Below the pieces are notes generated by a model that did not search any database, had not been told where the DNA came from, and was given only the letters and a program-made list of their open reading frames with translations. Source: Eledone cirrhosa (taxonomy: Eukaryota). Taken from it: 64,000 nucleotides of DNA. Location of the stretch: the NCBI GenBank assembly GCA_964016885.1, contig OZ024744.1, positions 42,842,001-42,906,000 of the forward strand. The letters run 5' to 3'. Made by a program: the position numbers and the translations under genes. Shown piece after piece: positions 25,860 to 37,580 of the stretch (its first letter is position 1; each line of letters opens with the position of its first letter).

Positions 25860-26433
25860 CATTTACATTACTCTATATATACTATTGTACTTTCACTGTA
25901 ATAGCTTTATCTCACATAATATCTCACATAACATTTACATTACTCTATATATACTATTGTATTTTCACTGTAATAGCTTTACCACATATAATATCTCACA
26001 TAACATTTACATTACTCTATATATACTATTGTATTTTCACTGTAATAGCTTTACCACATATAATATCTCACATAACATTTACATTACTCTATATATACTA
26101 TTGTATTTTCACTGTAATAGCTTTACCTCACATAATATCTCACATAACATTTACATTACTCTATATATACTATTGTATTTTCACTGTAATAGCTTTACCA
26201 CATATAATATCTCACATAACATTTACATTACTCTATATATACTATTGTATTTTCACTGTAATAGCTTTACCACATATAATATCTCACATAACATTTACAT
26301 TACTCTATATATACTATTGTATTTTCACTGTAATAGCTTTACCACATATAATATCTCACATAACATTTACATTACTCTATATATACTATTGTATTTTCAC
26401 TAATAGCTTTACCTCACATAATATCTCACATAA
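25860..26433 (+). repeat. 8 tandem copies of a 72-bp unit (left array)
   Basis: Units start at 25860, 25932, 26004 ... 26364; the last has a 2-bp deletion. Confidence 0.97.
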
Positions 26434-26646
26434 CATCTCGTATACGAGAGACGTGTATTGACGTGTGTGAACAAGCTCGGCTACCGAGTTGGATTTACTT
26501 ACTCAAAAGTGAGTTTTGATTAATTTTTTTATACTGTAATATACGTTAACCCCTTGCCTTGGTCGTCAAACTTTGAGTTTATTTATTTTCGCCCCTTTTT
26601 GGGGCGAATTTTCCAGTTAAAAATTTATTACAGCAAACTAATAGAA

Positions 26647-28346
26647 ATGGACGGAATTTTCACATCTAACGAGAAAGCCACGCCCCCTAAGAAAGGTGAT
26701 ACAGAGAAGCTAGAAGCACAAGGCTCTAAGTCTTCCCTCCTCACTTCTGCAAAAGAAACATGGAACACGGAATTAAAAGAAAAATTTGTAAAAATGGGTG
26801 AAAACCCAGAAAGTCACATAAACGCAGACAAAAACAACAATGACAATAACAGCAATAGTCACAACACCAACCAAGGAAAAAATAACGATAACACCAAACA
26901 AAGCGAACCCACTACTTTGCACAGGCGGTCCAGAAAACACAGACCTGCAAGCAACTGGACATTACAACTCTGAGAGAAAAGATGAAGGAAGCAAAACAGT
27001 ATGTAACTTTCAAAGAAGGAGGAGACTTCACAATCACCTCCCCACAAGAAATCAAAAGAGACACGATACTAAGAACGATATCGTTCAGAACACTTTCCAA
27101 CATAACAAGGAAACCAGCTCAATTATCCCAAAAAGAAATTGAGCTAGTCCTAAAAAATGTGTGGAGTGATATATCGTTCATACAAAAAGGGCCACTCTAT
27201 GGGAATATAACGGTGCTAATGAAGGATCAATTGACGGCCAGGAAATACTCTGTGGCACCAATTGTTTCCAAGCTACACACATTTTTCCCCACATATTTAG
27301 GGAAAAGAACGCAGAAAATAAGGGTCTCCGGAATCCGGCCAAATGCATGCATTTCCTGGGTACTAACAGGATTTTTAGAAGACGTGGATGGAATCCTCTC
27401 AGTAGGAGAAGTCACAACAGACGTTTTCGGCGGTTTGAGCGTGGAGGTCCTGGTCCAAATGAGACCAGAACGAATAGCTAGAATACCACAGAGGGTGTCC
27501 CTCGATGGAGAAACATTTATATATATTTCAGCCGAGGGTAGGAGGCCCATATGTTACTACTGTTCAAGCAGGGGTCATCTAAGGGCTGCCTGTCCTCAAT
27601 TGACAAAAAAAAAGGCTCTTTTGCCTACACCCCACACACCACCACTGCCACCACCACCACAACAACAACAAAAACAACATGGAAAAATAACACAAGACAC
27701 GGCCCCACCCAAAACAACTCCAAAAACACACACAAACACAACAAAACCCCAAAATACACCACTACCCGACAGAACGGACGAGGACCCAGCTGAAACGGCA
27801 CCTAGTGACGAAGAGGGGGGACCCTTCCAACCTGTAAAAAGGAAAAAAAGAAAGCACCACTCGAACATAAACAAAACAAACACACAACCACCAACAAAAA
27901 CAAAACAAACAGAACAAACAAAATCCGCCCCACCCCAAAACATAACACATACAACAAAACGTAAGCACACACAAGAACAACAAACAAACACAACACAAAT
28001 AAAACAGTATACATACATTAACACAAATAACAAAGAACTAGTAAAAACAATACACAAAGACCCTTCGGTGGAAACTGAAGGGCAATTCTTTGCAAGCGCG
28101 GCCAACAAACCGCATTTAAAAATGATAAGACTCCCAATGGACACCTATGCAAAACTAAGAGAGAACTTTCCTGAGGACGTGGGGGAAACATGTACTCGAC
28201 CCTATAACCGCGTCCTCTTGAAACGTTTCCCCACCCACACCTCACCAAACACCCCCACTCCACCACAGAACAACACCCCACCAAACAACCCCTCCAATAC
28301 GCCCATGGATATTGTGCAACCTGCTCCTCAGGAGCCGAACAGGTAG
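26647..28346 (+). pseudogene. Tx1-like ORF1 (gag-like, CCHC knuckle), one frameshift at ~26916
   Basis: ATG at 26647; adding one T at ~26916 gives PTTFAQAVQK and joins ORF 26982-28346; CYYCSSRGHLRAAC; Pro/Thr/Lys-rich tail. Confidence 0.8.
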
Positions 28347-28367
28347 GTCCTTCCTCTTTTAACCAAC

Positions 28368-31300
28368 ATGGCTGATATAAGAGTTGGGTGTCTGAATGTA
28401 CGCGGCCTGGGACTGTCTTGGAAACAAGGCAAACTTTTAAACGATCTCAGGTCGCATAGAATGGATGTAAAGGCTATTTGCGAGTCCAGGATCAGCAGCG
28501 AGCACCAACTGGCGCCCCTCTTCGACGACTTTGAGATCTTCGCATCTCTCTGTCAACCGGGGAATGGGGGTGGAGTTGTTGTTCTGCTGCGAAAACACCT
28601 GGGCCTCGCCATACAGAAGGTGCACCTGGACCCGGAGGGTCGACTGGTGGTTTTAGACGTCGGCAGTAGTGAAAGTGGAGCCCTTAGACTAATAGCTGTG
28701 TACGCCCCTTTTTGGGCAGCGCGGCCGGAATACTTCCAACGTCTGGAAACTTTTCTGGGAACGTCCCGCTCCTTGCTTTTAGTGGGGGACTGGAATGGTA
28801 TCCTGGATGCACGTTGGGACTATGTAGAGGCATGTGCCAATAGAGGGGGGTGTAAAAGCCTCAAAAGGTTAATCGGCCGATTTGACCTGGCCGATAGATA
28901 TCGACTAGATTTTCCGACTGTACCATTATGGACGTGGACCAATCGCAGCGGAACATCTAGGTCGTACCTAGATAGGGTCCTAGTTAGAGAGAAGGATAGG
29001 GACACATTTAGCTGTCCAAAAATGTTCATGGTTGACTATTCGGATCACAAGTTAGTGACCTGCATAGCCAAGCTTGATAGAACCCATAGACAGGAACCCG
29101 GTTACTGGAAGCTGAACTTGTCCTTACCGACAAGCAAAGCTTACAGTAAACGGATTAGCACGTTAGTTACGCAGAGTTTGACGGGGGCAATTGTCAACAA
29201 CAGGTGGTGGAGCTCTCTTAAGAGAGCAATTAGAATAGAATCGATAGGTTTTAGTCAGGAATTAGCAAGGGATAGGAACAAGACGGAAAGGGAATTAGTA
29301 GATAGAGTAGAAGAGGCGATTAGGAGTGGCAATGTAGCCGGCGTGCTGGCATCAAGAATGGCCTTAGACCAGTTCTTTGAGGTGAAGCATGAAGGCTGCG
29401 TTGTCAGGAGTAAAATACGTGCTCTGGGTAATGAGGGAGCCAAAGCTGTTAGCTGGGCCCGAGTGACAGAGGCAAAAAGTGGGAACAAGTCCACAATTCG
29501 GTCTTTGAAGGACCAGGATGGGCGTGTGATCCTTGAACCTGGGCAGATGTGTGCGGCCTTTCAGCGACACTTTGCACGACTGTTCGAGAGGGGCGGCGCG
29601 CCGGGTGGGACTATGGATTTCAATCCATACCTCGACGGTCTGCCGCGCCTCTCGGGAGCGGAGGCGAAGTCCTGCGAAAGGACGATTTCAGCTGCTGAGA
29701 TAGGGGCGGCGCTGAGCCAATGCGGCAAACGCAAATCCCCGGGTCTCGATGGTCTACCATACGAGCTATATGTAGCGATGCCGGACTTGTTCTCCGATAT
29801 CCTCGAAGCGGTCTACTGCAGCTGGCAGCAGAACGGGAGAATTCCCAGTTCTGTAACCAAGGGCGTAGTTACGCTGGTGAGGAAGGATGAGAACAAGGGG
29901 GATGACATAAGTAACTTCAGGCCCATAACTCTGCTAAATACAGAGTTAAAGATTTTGGCCAAGGTGTTAGCGAAGAGGTTGGCGCTTGTCGTCGGAAACC
30001 TGGTGGGAGAAGCGCAGACATGCGCAATCCCGTCCAGGACCATTCACGACAATCTCCAGCTTATGCGATACATCATAGAGAGGGTAGGGAATGAACCCGG
30101 CTTTGGTGGGGCCTTGATCAACTTGGATCAATCTAAAGCTTTCGATAGGGTTGACCATCGTTACCTGGATGCGGTGCTCGCGGCGGCAGGCTTCGGACCC
30201 GTTTTCAGGGGTTGGATTGCTGCGATGCACAGCAGCAACGTCTGCTCAAGGGTCAAGGTGAACGGCCACCTCTCGGAGCCGTTCCAAATCATGCGATCCA
30301 TCCGACAGGGATGCCCTCTCTCCTCCCTTCTGTATGTGCTGGCTCTTGAGCCACTACTGCGGAAGTTGGAGCGGTTGCAGGGCATCCCTTTGGAACCGGG
30401 ATTGCAGAAAGCGGCGTCGGCCTACGCCGATGACGTGACAGTAATGGTGTCGAAAACCTCGCAAATCGGTGAGATCGGCACCTTACTGGAGGAATATGAA
30501 AGGTTTACAGGAGCCAAGCTGAACCGGGACAAGTCCGTCGGTTTTCAACTCGGAACATGGAGAGGCAAACCGATGCCCTCCAATGACGTCGTCGGATGCT
30601 GGACGGAGGGCCCGGTGAAGCTGCTTGGGGTCTGGTTCGGACCAGACCTCCAGGTGGAGAAAAACTGGAACGAGGTAACGGCCAGGGTGTTTGCACTCAC
30701 CCAGAAGTGGGCCCAGTGCAAACTATCCCTGAAAGGTCGAGCGGAGGTGGCGAATACTTATATAGCATCCGTCATCTACTACCGCTTGACCGTCGTGCCT
30801 TGCCCAGTGAAAAGACTCGCCAAAATGGAGTGCGCGCTGTTCCAATTTCTTTGGAACAAGCGGACCCCTTTGGTGAGGAGATCCATCTGCTGTCAACACC
30901 CTTCGAAAGGAGGGCTGGGGATGCCGTGGCTACAGATGCGTAAACACGCATTAAGGCTATGGCACCTCCAGGTATTCCTCACCGGTCAACCGGTGTGGGC
31001 CCCGTTTGTGAGGCGAGCCTTTCCCAGACTCGTCTCGCTCACCGAGCTGCAATCCTGGGTCAAGCAAAGACCGAGAAAAGTGGGCGACTGGCACATTGTA
31101 TGTGCCCAGGCGCTCACGGCCCTCTGGAAAGCGGACCCGGCAATCAGTGGAGACTCCACCTAGACATTCTATAGAGGGTTGGTACGCAGCAGGTGCGACG
31201 ATGCTCTCGGAGAAGCTCTAGGCATGGAGGAAGATGAACTGGCCAGTCTGTTCGGTAGGACGTTTGGCCCTGGACCGATGGACAACTTCCAAAAGTCCCT

Positions 31301-31805
31301 GGCTTGGCAGTGCTACCGAGGGGCTCTACCCGTTCGAGACAAGCTCCACAGGTATGGGAGCCTGGGTAGAGATCCTTTGAATAAGATCTGTCCGAGATGC
31401 GTGCATGATGACGAAACCGTTGCGCACGCATTCGTACACTGCCCAGGCATTGCTGACCTGTGGGGCTATGTGGAACGACTACTGTCGAGGGTGGGACCAA
31501 TCCGGTTGATCACCGAGTCCATTGTCACGATCAAACCGCCTCCCCCTTTCAAAAACGAAGGAGAGGCGGTTTTTCTCTGTGTGATAGCCATGGCTAAAGA
31601 AGTTGTATGGTGGACGAGGCTGAAAGGGCTGAGGTCAGACACCTTTCTCTCCGGCCAACAACTGGTCCCCTTTTTCAAATACCATTTTAAAAGAAGGATC
31701 AGAATGGAGAGAGAGGTGCTCTACCCCAGCAAGTTTTATGAAAGGTGGGTGAAAGTAGGGAGAATGGCCAGAGTGAATGGGTCTTCTCTCTATATCAGCC
31801 TGTAG
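28368..31805 (+). pseudogene. Tx1-like ORF2 (AP endonuclease, reverse transcriptase, zinc-binding domain), one in-frame TAG at 31161-31163
   Basis: LNVRGL, VYAP, GDWN, SYLDRV, SDH; KSPGLDG, NFRPITLLN, DQSKAFDRVDH, RQGCPLS, AYADD; ORF 31179-31805 is in the same frame with CPRC...HAFVHC. Confidence 0.92.
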
Positions 31806-32042
31806 GTGAAAGAAGAGGAAAAAGAGGAGACGAGGGAAGCACCTACTCTTTGTGCTCCTGAGGAGAAGGGTTGCACATTTTTTCCGGGGTGTGTGCGACC
31901 CATGTTAATGCCCCCTCCCTATTGAGGACTTCGTTTGTTGTTGTTATTTCATTGTTATATTTTTGTACTCGTTAATTATATGTAAACTTCCCCCCTTGTA
32001 TCTGTCCCTACCTTTTGTGCCCTAGTGGCAAATAAAGAAACC

Positions 32043-33173
32043 ACTCTATATATACTATTGTATTTTCACTGTAATTGCTTTACCACATATAATATCTCAC
32101 ATAACATTTACATTACTCTATATATACTATTGTATTTTCACTGTAATAGCTTTACCTCACATAATATCTCACATAACATTTACATTACTCTATATATACT
32201 ATTGTATTTTCACTGTAATAGCTTTACCACATATAATATCTCACATAACATTTACATTACTCTATATATACTATTGTATTTTCACTGTAATAGCTTTACC
32301 ACATATAATATCTCACATAACATTTACATTACTCTATATATACTATTGTATTTTCACTGTAATAGCTTTACCACATATAATATCTCGCATAACATTTACA
32401 TTACTCTATATATACTATTGTATTTTCACTGTAATAGCTTTACCTCACATAATATCTCGCATAACATTTACATTACTCTATATATACTATTGTATTTTCA
32501 CTGTAATAGCTTTACCACATATAATATCTCACATAACATTTACATTACTCTATATATACTATTGTATTTTCACTGTAATAGCTTTACCTCACATAATATC
32601 TCGCATAACATTTACATTACTCTATATATACTATTGTATTTTCACTGTAATAGCTTTACCTCACATAATATCTCGCATAACATTTACATTACTCTATATA
32701 TACTATTGTATTTTCACTGTAATAGCTTTACCTCACATAATATCTCGCATAACATTTACATTACTCTATATATACTATTGTATTTTCACTGTAATAGCTT
32801 TACCACATATAATATCTCACATAACATTTACATTACTCTATATATACTATTGTATTTTCACTGTAATAGCTTTACCTCACATAATATCTCGCATAACATT
32901 TACATTACTCTATATATACTATTGTATTTTCACTGTAATAGCTTTACCACATATAATATCTCACATAACATTTACATTACTCTATATATACTATTGTATT
33001 TTCACTGTAATAGCTTTACCTCACATAATATCTCGCATAACATTTACATTACTCTATATATACTATTGTATTTTCACTGTAATAGCTTTACCTCACATAA
33101 TATCTCGCATAACATTTACATTACTCTATATATACTATTGTATTTTCACTGTAATAGCTTTACCTCACATAAT
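32043..33173 (+). repeat. 72-bp tandem array (right): partial + 14 full + partial units
   Basis: Full units start at 32105, 32177 ... 33041; the last unit from 33113 runs into the MITE right arm. Confidence 0.97.
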
Positions 33174-33425
33174 ATTGAATCTATGAGATTTTGATATTAT
33201 TTATTTTGAGAACAATACTTTAACATCAGTATGAGTATCAAATTACAGCTGGTTTGAACAGAAAGTGGTGAAAGAATTCCGGTCGGATACAGCCAGTTTA
33301 AATGCTAAAGGGTTAATTATTAATGCTTTGCGGCTTACACAGTCTTCATCTACCTGTATCTTATCACATTGAGCTTGACGTACATTACCAAAATAATAGT
33401 GGATTATTCCATTATTATATATATA

Positions 33426-33950
33426 CTATATTTTTCGGAATATAGGACGCACTGGAATATAGCCCGCACTCTAAATTTAACACGAATATCCAAGAAAAAT
33501 AAAATTAAGGGGATTAACTCTATTAATGCTATTAACATTTTAATCGCTTTCAAATCTTATAAAATCATGACTACTGTCATCCTCATTGATTTCCTGGCTA
33601 TCACCCTCATCTAGTTCCTGAAATTCATCATCTTCCTCACATTCCTCGAATGTCATCAGTTTTCAGAATCACTTGTGTCGCTATCATTATACAGAAAATC
33701 ATCATATGTTTTGAAAGCTTTTATAACTGTCTCGGTTTTCACAGCGCCCCATGAGTTTTTTACCCAGTGGGTTACCTGGGAAAATGTAGGCCTCTTCATA
33801 CGTCCTGTCGGTGTCCTTTATGTTGCGGGTCCTTCATCCAATTATCCCATTCCTCTCTTATGTGTGCCTTAATGAAACATCAAGGGGTTGTAACTGAGAA
33901 GTCAGTCCACCAGGTATGACAGCTATTTCAGTATTTAAGTTCTTTACCCT
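33426..33950 (-). mobile_element. pogo/Tigger-like DNA transposon 3' fragment
   Basis: VIPGGLTSQLQPLDV (DDE_1 motif), acidic tail, TIR-like TA|ctatatttttcggaatataggacgcac. Confidence 0.75.
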
Positions 33951-34712
33951 CCTAACTGAAGAGAATGACAAAAATAAAATAAAGAAAGAAATACCAATAG
34001 AGAACGGGGAAATAACGAAAGTAGCAGACATGAATGTGTTGTAGTAACTGAGGGAAATGAGAGGAAAAGAGTTAATAACCATGGCTGAACGTAAGTTCTG
34101 AAGCCATATTAACAACAGGAGAGAGAGAAAAAACCCTCCAAAAAACGACTGGTCAGAGTGATGGTCAGTTGTAGAAAGGAGGAAAGAACGGAAGTGAATA
34201 GATGGGATGGACGAAGAGGTGGAAAGGTAGTAAAGAGCAGAAAGAGAGGGGAAGAAAGGAGATAGATAGTAAGAAAGAAGGATAGTCAGTGAAAGGAAGG
34301 TCACAGCAGTAAATTAACGTAGAATTCAAAAAAAGAGAGATAGAGAGGCTGTGTGGTTCTCAATGAATATTATTTAGAAAACATGGGTGAAAACACAAAT
34401 TCTCACCCACGTTTTCTAAATAATATTTATTGGTAACCTATAAATATTATTTCTTTCTTTATTTTATTTATCTTCTTTTTTTTTGTCATTCTCTTGATCC
34501 ATCATCCATTGTGTTTCTTCCCGAATAGCTATCCATTCTAGCTATTAACACACTGTGGTGAAAAGTCCTGTCTTTTAATGCGTTTGAAACTTCAGTGATC
34601 CACAGAAGACAGCCAATGAGTGCGAATTGTCCTTGTGTTTGTGTTTTCTCCAACATTTTCTAAATAATATTTATTGGTAACCACACAGCCTCTCTCTATT
34701 TCTTTTGAATTT
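33951..34712 (-). mobile_element. Penelope-like remnant with inverted repeats
   Basis: Degenerate ..TFHP...QNLRSAMV motif; 34323-34399 is inverted at 34403-34438 and 34638-34711. Confidence 0.5.
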
Positions 34713-34769
34713 TATAGATATATATGTATGTATGTGTGTGTGTGTATATACGTGTGTGTGTATAGAGAG

Positions 34770-35505
34770 AGTTGAAAGGCCTAAAAGTACATTTAACAAA
34801 GTCAAAAGGCCTAATAAGTAGGGAAGAAGACAAGATTGTACCATCAGGAAAGTGGCCTTGTTCAATACATCAGAAAGAGGTGGGCAGAAATTCCATAAAG
34901 TGCACTCAATGTAAGCTATGGATACGCAAGAGATGTAATGGGATTGCAGGCAGGCTAACGGAAAATATAGACTTTACATGTGGCAGATGCACTGGGGAAG
35001 TATGCACAAAGAGCACATGTGAAATAGATTCCCTCAGTTGCCAGGGAGGCTCCATAGAAGTTGTTGATAGCTTTCGCTGCCTAGGCAATCAAATTAGCTG
35101 AAAGATGATAGCTAGGATAAGGATAGGCTGGAAGAAGTTTAGAGATCTATTATCGCTGCTAACAACAAAATGCTTTTCCCTTAGAATGAAAGGTAGACTG
35201 TATGATGCCAGTGTGCAAACTGCAAGGTTATACGGCAGTGAAACGTGAGCCTTGACTGCAAATGACCTGCAGAGTCTAGAAAGAAATGAGTTGAGTATAC
35301 TCCAATGGATGTGCAATGTACATTAGTGACATAATATAAGTAAACTGAGAGAAAAACTTGGCATAAGAGGAATTGGATGTAGTGTACAAGAGAGAAGACT
35401 GCATTGGTATGGATATGTGATGTGCATGGAAGATGGTAGCTCCATAAAGAAATGCAGAGAAACCCATGGCTGGGACCTGTAGAAGAGGCAGACCCAGGAA
35501 GACAT
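34770..35505 (+). mobile_element. RTE fragment with PHD-like finger
   Basis: SGKWPCSIH...NSIKCTQCKLWIRKRC...FTCGRC, VVDSFRCLG. Confidence 0.85.
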
Positions 35506-35559
35506 CATTCCATCACTGCTGCCTTCCACACTTTATCAACTTACCCACACCACTACATA

Positions 35560-36110
35560 TCATCATCATCATCGTTTTTATGTTCGTTATTCCACGTTTG
35601 CATAGGTTGGGGTGGGGGTCCTTCTCAGCACAGTATCTCTCCACTGGCTGTGTTTCTTTGTCATCTCAGCAATTTGAGATCAGCTTTCATAACCTCTGCC
35701 TAGGTCTTTCTTGGTCAACCTCTACTGTGGCTTCCTTCCACTGGCATTTCCTGGCACTTCTTTACCCAACAATCATCATCCATGTGCATTACATGTCCAA
35801 ACTAATGCAGTCTTCTCTCCTGCACACCACCTCAAATTCCTCTTAAACCCAGCTTCTCCCTCAACTAGTCCAAGCTCTGCGTCTCTCTCACATATACATT
35901 GCACATCCAACAAAGCATGGCTGCTTCATTTCTCTCAATTCTGTGCATGTCCTCTACATCTTTTATTACCATGAAGCATTGCACTTCACTCACAGGCATC
36001 ATGCAATCGTCCTTTTGTATGTAGGGAGAAACCTTTTGTGGTCAACAGTGGGAGTAGCTCTCTAAATTTCTTCCGTATTATCCTTATTCTAGCCATTATG
36101 CTCGCAGAAT
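35560..36110 (-). mobile_element. RTE 3' fragment with (GAT)n tail
   Basis: (CAT)n at 35560; reverse complement of the RT C-terminal region. Confidence 0.8.
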
Positions 36111-36689
36111 ACCTATGGACCCTTCCTGTGACTTGAAAAGGTATATATCACTGACGCTCTTTCCCATCATCACTGTTTAACCTCTATTTTCTATGCCCAC
36201 ATACTGAGGCTAGGCTACATCCTGCTTGTATGCTCTTATTTTGGCTTGGTTTCTACAGCTGGATGTCCTTCCTAATGCCAACCACTTTACAGCATCTTCT
36301 AGAAGCACTAGTATGAATCAACCAATGAATGATTATCACATTCTTTCATTCATCCCTTCTATCTTTCTGTAATGTAAAATCCTTGGAAGTAGCTTTCTGA
36401 TCTCAGTGGACAGAATTGCAAATGCATTACTCCAAAGGTAGATGCACTGAAGGAGCCAGTCAGATCCTCAATACTCATCCTTGCAGATGGCCATTTATAT
36501 TCTGGTCACAGTAGGTAGAGAGGTAGTTTGGAAACCCAAGACAGTAGATGTTCTCACATCTAAGGGTTCAACAATATACATATCAGAGAGTATTTGGTAA
36601 TTTGACAGTTCGAAAATTTCCAGCTTGTCGGGTGATGAAATCAGAGGGTTCCATTGTTTAGGAGAACCCTGCTGATGAGGATGCAGCAT

Positions 36690-37580
36690 GAGGTTACCAA
36701 CAACAGAAACGCCGGCAAAGCCAGGGAGATTGGGGACCGGAGGCCAAGGCCGCCATCTCTGACAGGTAAAGTGGCCTGTTGCCATCCAATTCCAATGTCG
36801 TCAAACCTGACGTTGCATATCTCCTCGGCTGCCGCTCAGATACAAGTATAGAGGTCAGAGAGGAAAGATGCATGGCTGTAGTACAGAGTGCTGCGAAGGG
36901 TATAGAGGAGCTTCGGCATGGCGAAGCAGTTCCTCAACAGGAAGAGAGCTGGGTGGCCATCGATCAAGCCCAGTCAACTCATGAGGGTCAGGAGTTGTTG
37001 GAGCCTGGACCTGATGGTGGAGCGGGTAGATCGGTGACCCAAGGATGAGGACATCCTCTTTGGTGGGTCACCTGTACCTGGTGGAGAATGGACCTTACGT
37101 CCGAGACAGAGGCTGCAAAGCTCTCAGCATCATGGCTGACATTCACCACCTCCGACTTGGACGCGTTGACTCGGTGACCGATTCCTGCCAGGGCAGGAAC
37201 CACCGATTGTAGGTCATGGCAGACAGTATCTACAGGTCCGCCCAACGTAACATCATCCAGATACCAAATGTTGAGAGGGGCCGTAATACTCTGGGCAATG
37301 TGGTCTATACCAAGGGCAAACAGGAGGGGGCCCAAAGGGTCGCCCTGTTGGTCTCCAGTGGCCGAAGGTATGACCGTATCAGCAGCAAGGAGCATGCTCG
37401 GGGCTCCAAATGACAGGTAGGCAGAGGGGGCTCAGCTGAGGCAGGCATCAAGGAGATGGTCCCGGCATATGCAGTTAAAGGCATTCCTCAAGCTTGACAA
37501 TGAGGTGCCTGGACTCCCTGGATGCCGGTTCTGGTGGGTGCTGTTGAAGAACTGCCTGGTTGCATGTGCGGCCCCCTAAC
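36690..37580 (-). mobile_element. CRE-like non-LTR retrotransposon RT fragment
   Basis: QQGDPLGPLLFALGI, NIWYLDDVTLGG, ATLPVRDGGLGLRSP...ALPAF. Confidence 0.8.

Larger units (their letters stand above)
26434..32042 (+). mobile_element. Near-intact Tx1/L1-clade non-LTR retrotransposon
   Basis: ORF1 with CCHC knuckle; ORF2 with APE, RT and zinc-binding domain; Tx1-like motifs (GYWKLN, FQFLW, HPSKGGLG); AATAAA at 32031-36; no poly(A). Confidence 0.92.
25852..33312 (+). mobile_element. Composite piggyBac-like MITE carrying 72-bp arrays and a Tx1-like retrotransposon
   Basis: TTAA 25848-51 + CCCTTTATCATTTA ... TAAATGCTAAAGGG + TTAA 33313-16; both arms match the uninterrupted MITE copies. Confidence 0.9.

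Noticed and set aside
27596-28284. Antisense Cys/Val/Phe-rich ORFs in Tx1 ORF1
   Set aside because: Mirror of the A/C-rich low-complexity sense strand.
25860-33173. CRISPR-like array flanking an RT gene
   Set aside because: Units are contiguous and near-identical with no unique spacers; there are no cas genes; the unit derives from a MITE.
32025-33194. 389-aa and 172-aa (25885-26403) repetitive ORFs
   Set aside because: The 72-bp unit is a multiple of 3 and has no stop in one frame; starts are GTG/TTG; no evidence of coding.
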